Made by a program: the position numbers and the translations under genes. The notes under the pieces are model-generated. The model was given only the letters and a program-made list of their open reading frames with translations, did not search any database and had not been told where the DNA came from. Source: Oikopleura dioica (lineage: Eukaryota > Animalia > Chordata). From it: a stretch of 64,000 bases of DNA. The DNA lies in the NCBI GenBank assembly GCA_907165135.1, contig OU015567.1, positions 5,456,001 to 5,520,000 on the forward strand, given 5' to 3'. Shown here one piece after another: positions 53,333 to 64,000 of this stretch; the first letter of the stretch is position 1; every line of letters begins with the position of its first letter.

Positions 53333-55572
53333 TCACAGCAAGAAGATATTGAAACGAATAGCACTTCCGCACACAAATTTTATTTTAAGCAATTGTCGTC
53401 CTCCATCCGGCACGCTCGTCATCTCCTTCGTGTCTTTGATGATTCCATCGTCGCCACGAAATTGCTGAACAACCGCGTGAAATCGGAAGTTTTCTAAAAA
53501 TAAATTTCAAAAATTCAAATTCAAAATCTTAACCTTTGCTCTTGATCCAGAGATAGTGGTTCGCGTCCTCTTTTGGAGAAATCCTTCCATTTCCATTGCT
53601 TTTGCAGGCGGCACGATATTCCAACTCCCAGTCTTCGAAAGCGGCCTTCTCGTCGATATGAGTGCATAACTTCGAAGAGAGTTTTTGAAAATTCGTTTTT
53701 GATTTTTAAAATTTAAAACTCTCTTTCCTTTATGTTTACTCGCCCACCAAGAGCAAGGAGTCTAAGCACGCTTCGTAACACCTCTTTGTTGAATCCGTCT
53801 CTTGGTCCGCCATGTTTAATACTCCGATCATCGCCATAGTAGCACCCAGCAAGATAATATAAATCGTTCACATATTTCACTCCAATTTCTCTCTCCAATT
53901 TCATCAGCTGTTTCACCCTCGTCTCTTTTCTTTTCTCCCTTTCTTCCTTTTCTTTTCCAAACTTCTGAATTTCCCTTTTCAGCTCTTCATTTTCTTTCTT
54001 CTGATTTTCGCTTTCAATTCGAAATCGATTTCTTTGCAAGTCCATTTCTCCAATTTTTCGTTGATTTCGATCGTTTTCGTCGAGAAGGCTTTTCAGATTT
54101 TTTTGAAGCTCTTGAATTTCTCGCCGCATTTTTTCTGCTTCTTTTTGCCAGTTTTTTCGCTCAAATTTTAGTTGATTCCATTCCTAAAAAGATCGAAATT
54201 GAATACTTCTAAAAAATGAAAAAACCTGATCCCGTTTTCTTGAAGCCACAGATTCTCGCTGAAGAATATTTATTTCTTGCTTGAATTTCGCCGATTCTTC
54301 TTCCCAGTTTTCCCGCTGAGCATCGAATTCCTTCAATATTTTAGCCAACGACAAAAAATTAAAACTCACCTGTTTGACTTTGTCATTTTCGCGAATCTGT
54401 TTGTTGACAATATTTTCGAGCATCTGAATTTGTCGATCTTTTTGCTCGTTTTCTTCTCGCAGCTTCTTGATTATTTGAGCAGGAGTGGCCATGATGTCAC
54501 TTGGAAGTTCTCCGTTTTCGATTCTTTCCACGACTTCGGCGAAGATTTCTTCGTTTTTGACCATCATCATGTTGTCTGGGCGAGATTCCCTTGAAGGATT
54601 GAGGCATTTTTGAATGAGAACTTCGAAATCGGTGAAATCGTTGTTTTCTCCCAAAATTTCAGAGAAAGGAGTTCGTTTTGTTCTTTTCATGTTTTTCACT
54701 GAAAATTCTTTCAAAAAGTTCTTGCTTGTTTATTCTACCGATTCTGCGATCATCTGCTGGTTGTGCATTATGCCGGCCAAAAGCGTGTTCCAAAGTGATC
54801 AATTCTTGAAGAACAAGTCCGAAGCCCCAAACATCGATTCTCGGCGACTTTGAGTCGACCTGATTTCGCAAAAATTCTTTTGTTTATTTTCAATCGTACT
54901 TTCACTTCTTCTATATATTTGATTATATCTGTGAAAACTTTCCTGGAGTTATATAAAGAACCGTATGTTCGACGACCCCTTGCAAGCCTTTGGTTGTGAT
55001 GGTGTCTCGAACCGAGTCGAGAAGAGTCGAAATGCCGAAGTCGCCAAGTTTGATCTAAATATCCTCGATATTTGGAACACTATAATCAAAGATCTTACAG
55101 TGCATCCGTCGGCCATCATCATAACATTCGCCGGTTTGACATCCAAGTGCGCAATCTTCTTCGAATGGCAAAAACTCAGCGCCATAGCAAGTTGTGTCGC
55201 AATTAAAGTCGCTTCCTTGACGGAAGTCCGTCTTCCCTGTTCTCTCCTCGCCTCAATCCAGTCTTTCAAAGATCCCTCAGGGCAGAACTCCATCACGATG
55301 AAAGAAAAAGCATTCCACTCCCACCATTCTGGAGAAACTTTGGGCAAAAAGTCGACGAATCTAACGATAAACTGGCTCTCTACGCTCAAATCTCGCAAAA
55401 TTCCAGCTTCTTCTTCCGCGGCGATGATAGTTCGAGGCCCCTTGACGGTGATCCACTTGATCATTACAGAAGCGCCGCTTTCGGTGTCGATAGCTTTGGT
55501 GACGCCGCGATCGTTTTCGAATTGAGCATCCTCGATTGACGCAAAACGACCGTTTTTCAAAGTTCGCGACAT
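53333..55572 (-). CDS. Ser/Thr kinase (NEK-like) with coiled coil and C-terminal domain; apparent frameshift near 54685
   Basis: VMIK, EEEAGIL, MEFCPEGSL, HLDVKPAN, KLGDFG, YITPE, IDVWGFG, CLNPSRESRP. No GxGxxG loop. Confidence 0.8.
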
Positions 55573-55870
55573 TTTTGAATTTATTAAAAATAGAAAAAGA
55601 TCCTTCTCTCTCTGTCTCTTGTGCAGTTGTGTAATCAAAAGCAGAGCGGGTCGAATGTTACAAGTTCCATCGCCATGGAATCTGAGTTTATTGGCTTTTA
55701 ACATTTTTGAATTTTGAAACGCGCAAGTTCTGAACAGAAAATGATAAATGAGATTTACTTGAGTCCCAATTTTTTTCGGTTCATCGACCTTGCCCTTAAT
55801 TATTCAAACTCTTAGAAATTTGATTAGAAAGCGAAAATGACTTTTGAAATTATAAATAAGAAAAGGCAAG

Positions 55871-58459
55871 CTAAATTTCCATCATATTTATTATTGTAAA
55901 AACTGTATGAACAAGCATACAGAGAGTTTGTGGTGATGTCATTATTAGAAAGGGAAATAAGTAGAGCAGCTTCAGAAATTTCGACTTCGGTGCTGCAAAT
56001 AATTTAATGATGAGAGCGAAAAGAAACCAGGCGAAATTGGCGAAAGTCGTGACTGCGGCAATTTTGTTTCTTCAAAAATAATGAAATTTTAAAGAAATTC
56101 AAAGTTCACCTGAATTTTTTTAGGTCTTTTTCCATTTTTTCAGCCATCTATTTCTTCTTTGCGTCAGACAAGGGACTTAGATGACCAACTCCAGCGCTGA
56201 GCATTTTTGCCCAGAATTGTTCCTCCAGTGGATCAGTAAATGATGAAAATTTTCGGCTGGTGTTTTTCAAAAAATAGTCTTTCTTTGTCGCGGCAATGTG
56301 TTCGTAAATTGAATTTTCTTGAGGACTAGATGTTGAACATCGCGTTCCCCAACTGATATTGTTCATATTTGCGATCATGTAAATCTACGAAGATGAAAAT
56401 GAAGAAAAAAGAATCGGAAATTACCTGGAGGAAAATCGTATTCATTTGGATAAAAAGAGCATAGATGACACTGTTGAAAAAACTCTTGAAATCAAAGAAG
56501 AGTATGGTCGATATCAAATAAATAGCCGCTATTGCAAAAACTGTCAAAACAAGAGGGTCAAGAAAAAGCCTCAAAGTCCAAAAATCAGGAATAACAAAAG
56601 GAAGAACCATCAAGCAGACGTAGATTAAAGAAAGGACCTTCGCCGCCAGCAATTTCAATTCTTCCAAATCAGTCGCACAAATGATTGAATACATAATAAC
56701 TGGATGGCAAAGGCTTCCCATCTAGATATGAAGCCAACAGCAGAGATTTCAAGCAAGTCCCAGATAACCAAAAGCATTGTCGAGACGCTAAGAGATGAAA
56801 CGAGCAAGCAAAAAGCTTCGTAAAAGATGAAAAATCTGTTCAACCGTCCGTTATTTTTCACTGCTTCTTTTCTTTACGCGACGAGCTCGAAAATGGTGAG
56901 AAAAATGCTTCTTCTCCATCTTCGTCGCTGCTTGAAAAATGTTTCGAAATCCTCCGGCGCAAAGGTTTTGCATCGACTGTTTGCTTCGTACTCAATTCTA
57001 GCGCCGGAGAGTAGAATAAGAGTGCAGAGATATCTGTCCTCTCCTTGATCAAAGATAAGTTTTGTCCTCGCATCTGATGCTTCTTTCGCATAATCGCTCA
57101 AAACAGTCTTTATCGTGGACATTCTCAGTAGGCTCAAACAACCAGGCGAGCATAAGACAGAGCCAAGAAGCTGCTCAGTTGACTTTTGAAACCAATGTTG
57201 TATTGCGTACTCGAAATGCTAAAACCAAACCAGTGGTCCTAAGAAATCTATATTTTCAATCAACAAATGATTTTTACCAGTTCCGTTTGGTTGAATTTGA
57301 TTGCAACAAGCGCCGATTTTAGATGACTTGAGCATTCTTGAGAGAACAAGATCGAAATCCTTCGGTTGAAAATCGACGTCGCCATCGAGCGCTAGAATAA
57401 ACGAATTTTTCTCGTCTGCTCTTCTACCATTTGAGTCTTTCATCTTAGAAAAAGTTAATTTTTGACCAAATGAGGCAATTTGTTCATTATTGAAAATATA
57501 TGTTTTATTATGTAACCTTTCCTGTTCCTGCCCAATTTTCCAGTTGCAGAGATAATTCATGTACATAACTTGCGACCATCTTTTTCCTCTCTTGATTTTT
57601 TCAGAATCCTTCAAATGAATAGTCAGATCAGCTCCAAAAGCACGGAACACCATTCGCTCACCATAAGGCGTTTCGCTTATTCTCCCTTGATTTCTAACAT
57701 TTTCTTCGCCGTTTTCAACGAACAGTCTTTGAAGAATTCGCAAGTACTGATTGACCCACTTATTCGTTTCCTTTCCAAATGTGGTTCTGTCGAAAGAGTC
57801 GTCGAAAAATAAATGAGTCTCAAGGTCAAAGTCTTTTTTCGGATGACTTTTTCTATGCTTTATCAACCTAAAAAACAAAAATATGTCCAAAATAAGTCGC
57901 AAAAGCTTACCAAATAAGCGACTTGGTAAGGGTTTCCATTTCGATTTCATTCTCGTGCCACAGTGGAACACAAACATATACAGTTGGTTTCCTTTTTTCC
58001 GGACAAATTTTGTCCCCTGGTCTTCGAAAAAATGTCCGGAAAAACGGGTCACCGGATGTAAATGCATGTCCCACCATGTATACTTAAATTTTTTCGAGAA
58101 ACAGACATTGTTCAGTCTAAAAGTCGATTTACCACGGACTAAACTTATAGCTTCTGAGAATCGATGGAAATCTCGCCAACAAGGTCCACTTGCGCCCGAA
58201 AAGAATTTAATTCAGCCGTCGATTCCCTCTTTTTTCCAAAAAAAAATTATAACCTGTCAATAAAATTTGAAAAAAGTCCGGAAAATTGGACCATGGTCCA
58301 TGGTCGATTTTGCAGTGACTCACTCAAAGGCCTTAAAATCTGAAAATTGTCCGGAAAAGTGGACTCCGGAAAATAGGAAACCAACTGTATAAAAGGAGCG
58401 TCTTCGAAGTTTCTCTTTGTGCCTTCGGGCATTTTTAAAAAGTCGTTCATTTTAACCAA
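55871..58459 (-). pseudogene. chs: Chitin synthase (GT2) pseudogene, lacking the usual N-terminal TM region
   Basis: IYVCVPLWHE, FFDDSF, LALDGDVDF, LCSPGC, QGEDRYLCT, QRRRW, NISWGTR, EEQFW. In-frame stops at 57219-21, 56874-76 and 56148-50, a frame switch near 56720, and a MITE insertion. Confidence 0.9.
57981..58387. mobile_element. 407-bp Tc1/mariner-type (pogo/Tigger-like) MITE inserted into the chitin synthase exon
   Basis: TIR CAGTTGGTTTCCT(T/A)TTTTCCGGA; TA on both sides (57979-80 and 58388-89). Removing the element plus one TA restores D-A-P-F-I-Y-V-C-V-P-L-W-H-E in frame. Confidence 0.92.
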
Positions 58460-59019
58460 AAATCGTTTCCGCTATTTATCTTTTGCTAAGAAATTTGCGC
58501 ATATGCGAAAAACTCCCAGCTCCACTCCTCGTTGCCCAAAATCCGCCTGTCCAATTCAACGAGCGAAAACCGAAACAGCTTCAGAACCAATTTCATCAAG
58601 AAATTCTCCGAAAACTCTTCCAAAAACTCCAGTTCAAATCGTCCAAAAATCGACGCCCCTGAGCTCCGAAAAGCGAAAATTCTCGCGACAAAAGTCGGTT
58701 AACAAATGGTCGATGAAAGAAATCAGCTGATCCTCTTCCTTTGCTCCTTTTTGACCCGAAAAAGGTCATGTGACAAAAAAAGCGAAAAAACTTGTTGAAA
58801 ACTTATTTCCTGCTCAAATCCAATTTTCTCCTTGTGTAAAAAATTTCGAAATAAAAAAGTGTTATGCAATTTTTTCGAAACAAAATGCCCTTGATCTTTT
58901 TAATGAGCTCATTTACTAGTACAGATAATATTGGAAAATTAATGGAAATGGACAATGATTATGATCATTCTGAATATTTTATTGCTCCTTTTATTACGTA
59001 ATTCGCTTGTAAGATTTAT

Positions 59020-62000
59020 TCAGAAATCAGTATACTCTCGATTGTAGTTCAAAAAGGGTTGTTTTCCAGCTTTCCAGTCGGCAAAACCAGGCATGTTTGA
59101 GGGAAAGGAATTGAGTCTCGCGCGATATCCACTTGCGAACTCGAAGAGTGTCTTTTCCGGGATAGAAAAGTCGGGGACTTCGAAATTTTCCCCAGCAGCA
59201 CAGAGCGCTAGAAACAGTTTGAATATTGGAACTCATAATAAAGAACAATTTTTTTAAAAATGCTGAAAATCGACAAGCCGCTTATGGCTTCGAGCTGAAA
59301 AAAGCCGAAGCGCGGCTTTTCCGTCTTTTTCGAGTTCGAAGCCGCAATCGGCTTTTCGATTTTCAGCAGTGTAAAAGCAAAACCTGAAGGAATGTCGGCC
59401 GAGATCCCTTCCAAATCCTCTTTATTCCTCGCGAAAAAGACGCGTCTCGCATCTCCTTGCGCCAGATCCTCGAGAGAGCTCCTTAAAATCGCGTTCATTG
59501 GGTCAAATCCGATTGTGACAAGATTCGGTCGTGCCTTGATCTCGCTCAGGTCGCCGAAAAAGCCGTTTGAAACCAAGATTATTTTTTCCTAAAAATAGAA
59601 AAAAATCATTTTAAAAATTATTTTTTAACGAACCTGGATTGAAATTCGTTCCAAAATAGCTCCAAAAGTCGCTTTGCCGCCAAACCATTTCATTTCTTCG
59701 GTAATTTTCGTTTCAATTTGTTGTGAGGTATCAAAACGGTCATCTTGAAAGTTAACTTTCGCGGATAATCCTTTTTGCGCGTTGCCGAAAGAGATAACAT
59801 CGAGTTTCGGCTGATCCAGCGTCTCCCAAGCTGCAGAAATGAAATTTGAAATGCTTTTTAATTTGTTGCCAAAGTTCTTCGATGATTGAAGGCCAGAAGA
59901 GTCAATTTGAAGGAGGGTTGAAAATGGAAGGAACAAATTAATTAAAGGTTGACCTTCAAATAACTTACAAAAGAATTCGATTCTGTTTTTTATTAATTTT
60001 TTCTCAAAAAAAAATATTTTTTAATTTTTTGAAAAATAAAATTTTTTAAATAATTTTTTAAATAAAATAATTTTGTTTAATTATCATTAAAATGATCAAA
60101 ATAATTTTAAGCAAAAATTTTCTACAAAACCTTTTTTCATTTAAAATTTTTTTTTCTTTCGAAATTCCAATTTTTTCCACCCTTTTCAGAAACGTCACTT
60201 TTTCGACCGCAGCACAAGCACTTGTCTGTTGAAATTCCTCGCGACATAATCCTTCTAAAAATTCCCTTTTTCTCCCTTTCGTTGGAATTCCAGACACTTA
60301 CCTGTAACGAGCGGTACAAATCGACGGGCCTGCTTAGGATTCACGTAGAACATTTTCTCCCCGTAAAAATTTGAATTTTGAACACGGCTTCCGTCGTCTT
60401 TTGAAAGTTGGAAATGCAAAATTGGTTGTTTTCTGAGCCGCGCTTCGTAAGAAAAAGCACCCGAAAGAGGGTGGGAGCTGAAGAAAACGACAAAATCGAA
60501 CTTGCCAGAGAGAAATTTCAGCGGGATTTTGCCTGAAGAATTCCAGTTTTGGCGATTGAGCTCTGTTGTTTTCGTTTTTAATTCTTCGGATTTGCCGGTG
60601 AAGAATTTTCGATCATTGAAAACGATTTCGACCTAAATTTGGCTCGAAAACCTGTATAAAAACCCTGAGTCAGGATTCAGAAAGAGGCTTTTCATTTCAG
60701 CTGCAGGACCCTGAGTCAGGTTTTCTACACAGGTTGCCGAGCCAAAGAGCTGGATTCCCGCAGTTTCGGAAAGGGTTTTGAGAAATTCAGAAACGTAGAG
60801 ATTCTTTTTGATTTTCTTGAAAAGCGGCTCTTCGTCAGTTTCTATCGCGATCAAAATCTTTTTCGATGAATAATCGCAGCTTTCTGGTGAAATGGTTGTG
60901 GCGATGTCGAAGTTCCAGAGATCAGCATCGAATGAAGGAGGAGTTGATTTGGGCGATTTTGTTTTTGGCAACTTTGTTGGTTTGGTGATTTTCGGTGGAG
61001 ATGCTCGCTGGCGAAATTTATTCGGGAGAGCTTTTTCTTGTTTTGTTGATGGGGTTTTTGCTTTGAGGATTTTCTTGGTTTTTGGGGACTTGATTTGCTT
61101 GGGCTTTTTACGAGGGGATGTCTTTGATGATGTCTTAAAGGTTTTAGTTGATGATGGTTTTGATCGTGTTGTCGATAATGTTGACGATAATGTGGTTTTC
61201 GTCGATGTTGTTGTGGTTGTTGTTGATGATGCTCTTGTCGTTTTTTGTGATACTGGTATTGTAGTTGTCGTTTTTGTGGTTGATGTTGACGTCGATTTTG
61301 TTGAAGTTGTTATTTTCACTGCTGTCGTCGTTGGAATCGTGGTGCTGAATGATGGTGCTGTTGTTGTAGTTTTTGGATTTTTAACATTGTTTTCAAGTTC
61401 CAAGAAATTATTGACAGGCTCTTGTGTGATAGAAGACGGAGTTGATATTTGAGAAAAAGTCGATTCAAAAACGTCATTATCTTCTAGAATTTCCACGTCA
61501 GTTTCGTTCTCTCCACGGAAGTCGCCAACGTCCGGCCTGGGCGCATCAAGTCGTCTCGCAAAATTGAAAAAGTTGAACTCGCCCTTGAATGGAATGTCGC
61601 AAAGTTGCCCCGTCCATCCTTCGTGGCAGTGGCACTTGAAAGCCCCAGCAATGCCAGTTTTTGTTATCTTATCTTCGCATTCTCCGTTCCAACACGGGTC
61701 GGGCTGACAGGCTCCCCACTCGCAGTTGTCTCCATGAAAGCCGTTGATGCAGGAGCAGAATACTTTCAGTCCCTTTTCGATGCATTTTCCACCGTTTTGA
61801 CAGTTGCAGATCAGGGGCTTGGAGCATTCTCCATGCTGGACGACTTCGCCATAACAGCATTGAAATCTTAAATGAATGTGTGGAAAATAGAATGATTAGG
61901 TAGTAGATATGGATTATTTTAATCTACCTAGGTACTAGATGCATTTCAATATGTCCGTAATATTATTTGAAAACCATCAAATAATTAATTCATAAGAATT

Positions 62001-63223
62001 ATCTGCTTATCATCATTTTCGTCTAATTATGGTTTAGTATAATCCTCAAATTATCGGCTCTAGAATATTTGTTGCAAACTTTAATATTTTATAAGAAGCA
62101 AGTTCGAGGCTTAAACCTATCTTTTCTGAAAGTTTTCTTCCCGCAACACCCTCTTTCCAAGCTTTTAAACGGATATCTTTGTGGATAGTCTCCGCAGCAC
62201 GAGTCTGGCTCATCATCATTTTTCTCCAAACTCATCGTTCTGATAGGACCAACCTCGAACTCCGGCTCGACTCTCTTCGAAGGTTTGCATTGAAAGCTCG
62301 GATCCCAGCCATTCGAGTTCAGAAGATATGCTTTAATTTCTCCAGCGTTTTGGGCGATTTGATTCGCTAGTTCGACATCGCACATGCAAGTTTTCAGCGC
62401 GCAGGAATCTGCGTCAAAGGGGCACTCGTATCTTCCGGAGAGAAAATTCAATGTCACGTGATAATTTTTCGATTCTGGGAGACATGTTCCAAAGGAATCG
62501 ATCTTGATGCATTTTGTACAGCGATACCAGTTTTGACATTGACGATCAATCACATCCTTGGCTATTTACACCGATTCAAGACGCATATTTCCGATCGAAA
62601 ATGTCTGTCAGACAAGATCTTGAATCGAATCCTTTCCTGGGCCGCGTCGATACTTGAGAAGCTCTTCTGACATCTGGCACCAGCAGCCATAGTCGAAAAC
62701 ATTGTCGATAAACGACTGGGAAGCAGGGTTCGGTAATTTGAGCTCACGCTAAAACTCAAGGAAACAAAGCTTGAGACTCACGTTTTTTAATTTGAGTTTT
62801 GAGAACTCAGAGATGAGAGCTCGCGTGAGAAATCAGTTCTGGCGATCCATGAGCCAATCAAGGAAGCGCTCGCTTAATTTGAGTTTTGAAAACTCAAAAC
62901 TCTCAAATCTCCCAAAAACTCAAAACTGTCAAAACTCTCAAATCTTCTCAAAATGATTTCTCAAATCACTTTGAGTTCTCAATTTGAGGAAATTTGAGCG
63001 TCTAGCCAAAATGAGTTTTAGCTTGAGCTCAAATTACCGAACCCTGCTGGGAAGAAATATAAGAACTGTCAGACTTCAACTGCGGCTGATTCTCTACAAG
63101 ACTTTTCGCCAAATGATGAATGAATTTATGAGCGCTTCCAAACTCGGCGCTAGAAAAAAGAAGAGCATTCTCTGCGGGATCAGAATTGACGAGAGAAAGG
63201 GCGAGAAAAGGGAGAAATTTCAT
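59020..63223 (-). CDS. Secreted multidomain protein: signal, PLA2-like (non-catalytic), EGF repeats, S/T/K-rich mucin linker, VWA-like domain(s)
   Basis: MKFLPFLALSLVNS; DYGCWC..DVIDRQCQNWYRCTKC..TCMCDVELA; CNCQNGGKC..CSCINGFHGDNC; TT-rich linker; IDSSG..VISFG..GGKATFGAIL..LVTIGF. Confidence 0.75.
62724..63046. mobile_element. 323-bp hAT-like MITE inserted into coding exon 1 of the PLA2-like gene
   Basis: TIR CAGGGTTCGGTAATTTGAGCTCA(C/A)GCTAAAACTCA; exact 8-bp TSD CTGGGAAG at 62716-23 and 63047-54; internal TTGAG/CTCAA subterminal repeats. Confidence 0.95.
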
Positions 63224-63557
63224 TTCTCATTCAGAAAATTGAGTTGTTTTTGAGAGAGAAAAATGAAATTAAATCAAGCGCGAGCCTTGAAAGGTCAATT
63301 TTTTGACGTGCATTTATGACTCACCATTCATTTTCGACAATATTTTATATAAAGAGTTTAATTAAAGAGTTATGCAGAAAAGACTTAGCGAAATTTGTGA
63401 CAAGAGTCGTAAAAAGTCGGTCTTCCAAAAGTCAAACAGTTTTCCAGTAAAACGTCCTCCGCTAGTGCACCAGAGTCCTCCGGCGCTTTGATGAGGTGGA
63501 GAATTTAGCGTGAACGAGGGGAGAGAAAATTGAAAGTTTCTAAAGAGTAAAGAGGTC

Positions 63558-64000
63558 ATGGCGAAGCACGACAATATTGTCCGGAAAACGAAAGATGAAG
63601 AAGACTCAGAAGCAGAAACTAGCAGTAGTGGAATTGACAGGGTCGCCGAGGTAAATAATTTATCATAATTATATTTCTGAGATTCCTAATTTATTGTCGT
63701 GAACAAAATACACCGATAGCATAACGAATATTCAGTCAATTTCTACTGGGCTTTTTCCACAGTCCGAAATTAGTAAAACTGCTTAAAATTGCAAACCAAT
63801 GGTCAGTTATGGTTTTTTTCAATCTAAAATTTCTTTTCAGCTGACACTTCAAGGCGCATCTTTCATCTTCTTCGCCGCCTTCGCCTCGATCTACTTCCAG
63901 ATTCCAGGTCTTTACGGCCCGAATGGCCTTTTGCCCGTCGACGAGTTAATTCCTCAAAAGGCGGAGCTTGATCCGCGCGCCTTTTGGGAAGACCCTAACC
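63558..64000 (+). CDS. LMF2: Lipase maturation factor 2-like, 5' part (runs off the window)
   Basis: LQGASFIFFAAFASIYFQIPGLYGPNGLLP matches the LMF2 N-terminal motif (AFASLY.QIPGLYGP.G.LP). Confidence 0.85.

Larger units (their letters stand above)
51627..58895 (+). repeat. Direct segmental repeat: 51627-52021 and 58503-58895 (about 395 bp each)
   Basis: Near-identical ATGCGAAAAACTCCCAGCTCC...CAAAATGCCCTTGAT at both positions. Confidence 0.95.

Noticed and set aside
56720-56880. Two 17-nt GT...AG segments that might rescue chitin synthase lesions as micro-introns
   Set aside because: Far shorter than other introns here; removing the first creates a new stop, and the stops at 57219 and 56148 remain. 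Stop-codon reassignment is also unsupported because other genes end normally in TAA/TAG.
60892-61452. V/D-rich 186-aa plus-strand ORF (also 21437-21649 on minus)
   Set aside because: Reverse complement of Thr-rich mucin codons.

Overview
AT-rich, gene-dense eukaryotic DNA with short introns, some of them non-canonical GA-AG, and many small inverted-repeat elements. A chordate-type muscle actin and a Ty3/gypsy (Tor-like) LTR element also fit. Together these point to a larvacean tunicate, most likely Oikopleura dioica (inference, no database search run). Recognisable genes: two SLC43-like transporters, a CUB/mucin protein, an EGF/coiled-coil/C1q-like protein, an NHE (SLC9A) exchanger, an HPD-like dioxygenase, muscle actin, two Ly6/uPAR-like proteins, three tandem small secreted paralogs, a NEK-like kinase, a chitin synthase pseudogene, a PLA2-like/EGF/mucin/VWA protein and the 5' end of LMF2. 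The strongest signal is miniature DNA transposons inserted into coding sequence with in-frame splice sites, as in introner-type intron gain. The clearest case is a 323-bp hAT-like MITE with an exact 8-bp TSD (62724-63046) whose TIR supplies a GTAATT donor and whose TSD supplies a CTTCCCAG acceptor. Also notable: a gag/protease-less LTR element with an intact RT-RH-IN frame, an unrecognised acidic/cationic secreted protein trio with a shared promoter motif, a 30-bp-phased CCAAT array, and a 395-bp direct repeat bracketing the kinase and chitin synthase segment. Exon boundaries were read by eye, so ends of multi-exon genes are approximate where stated.
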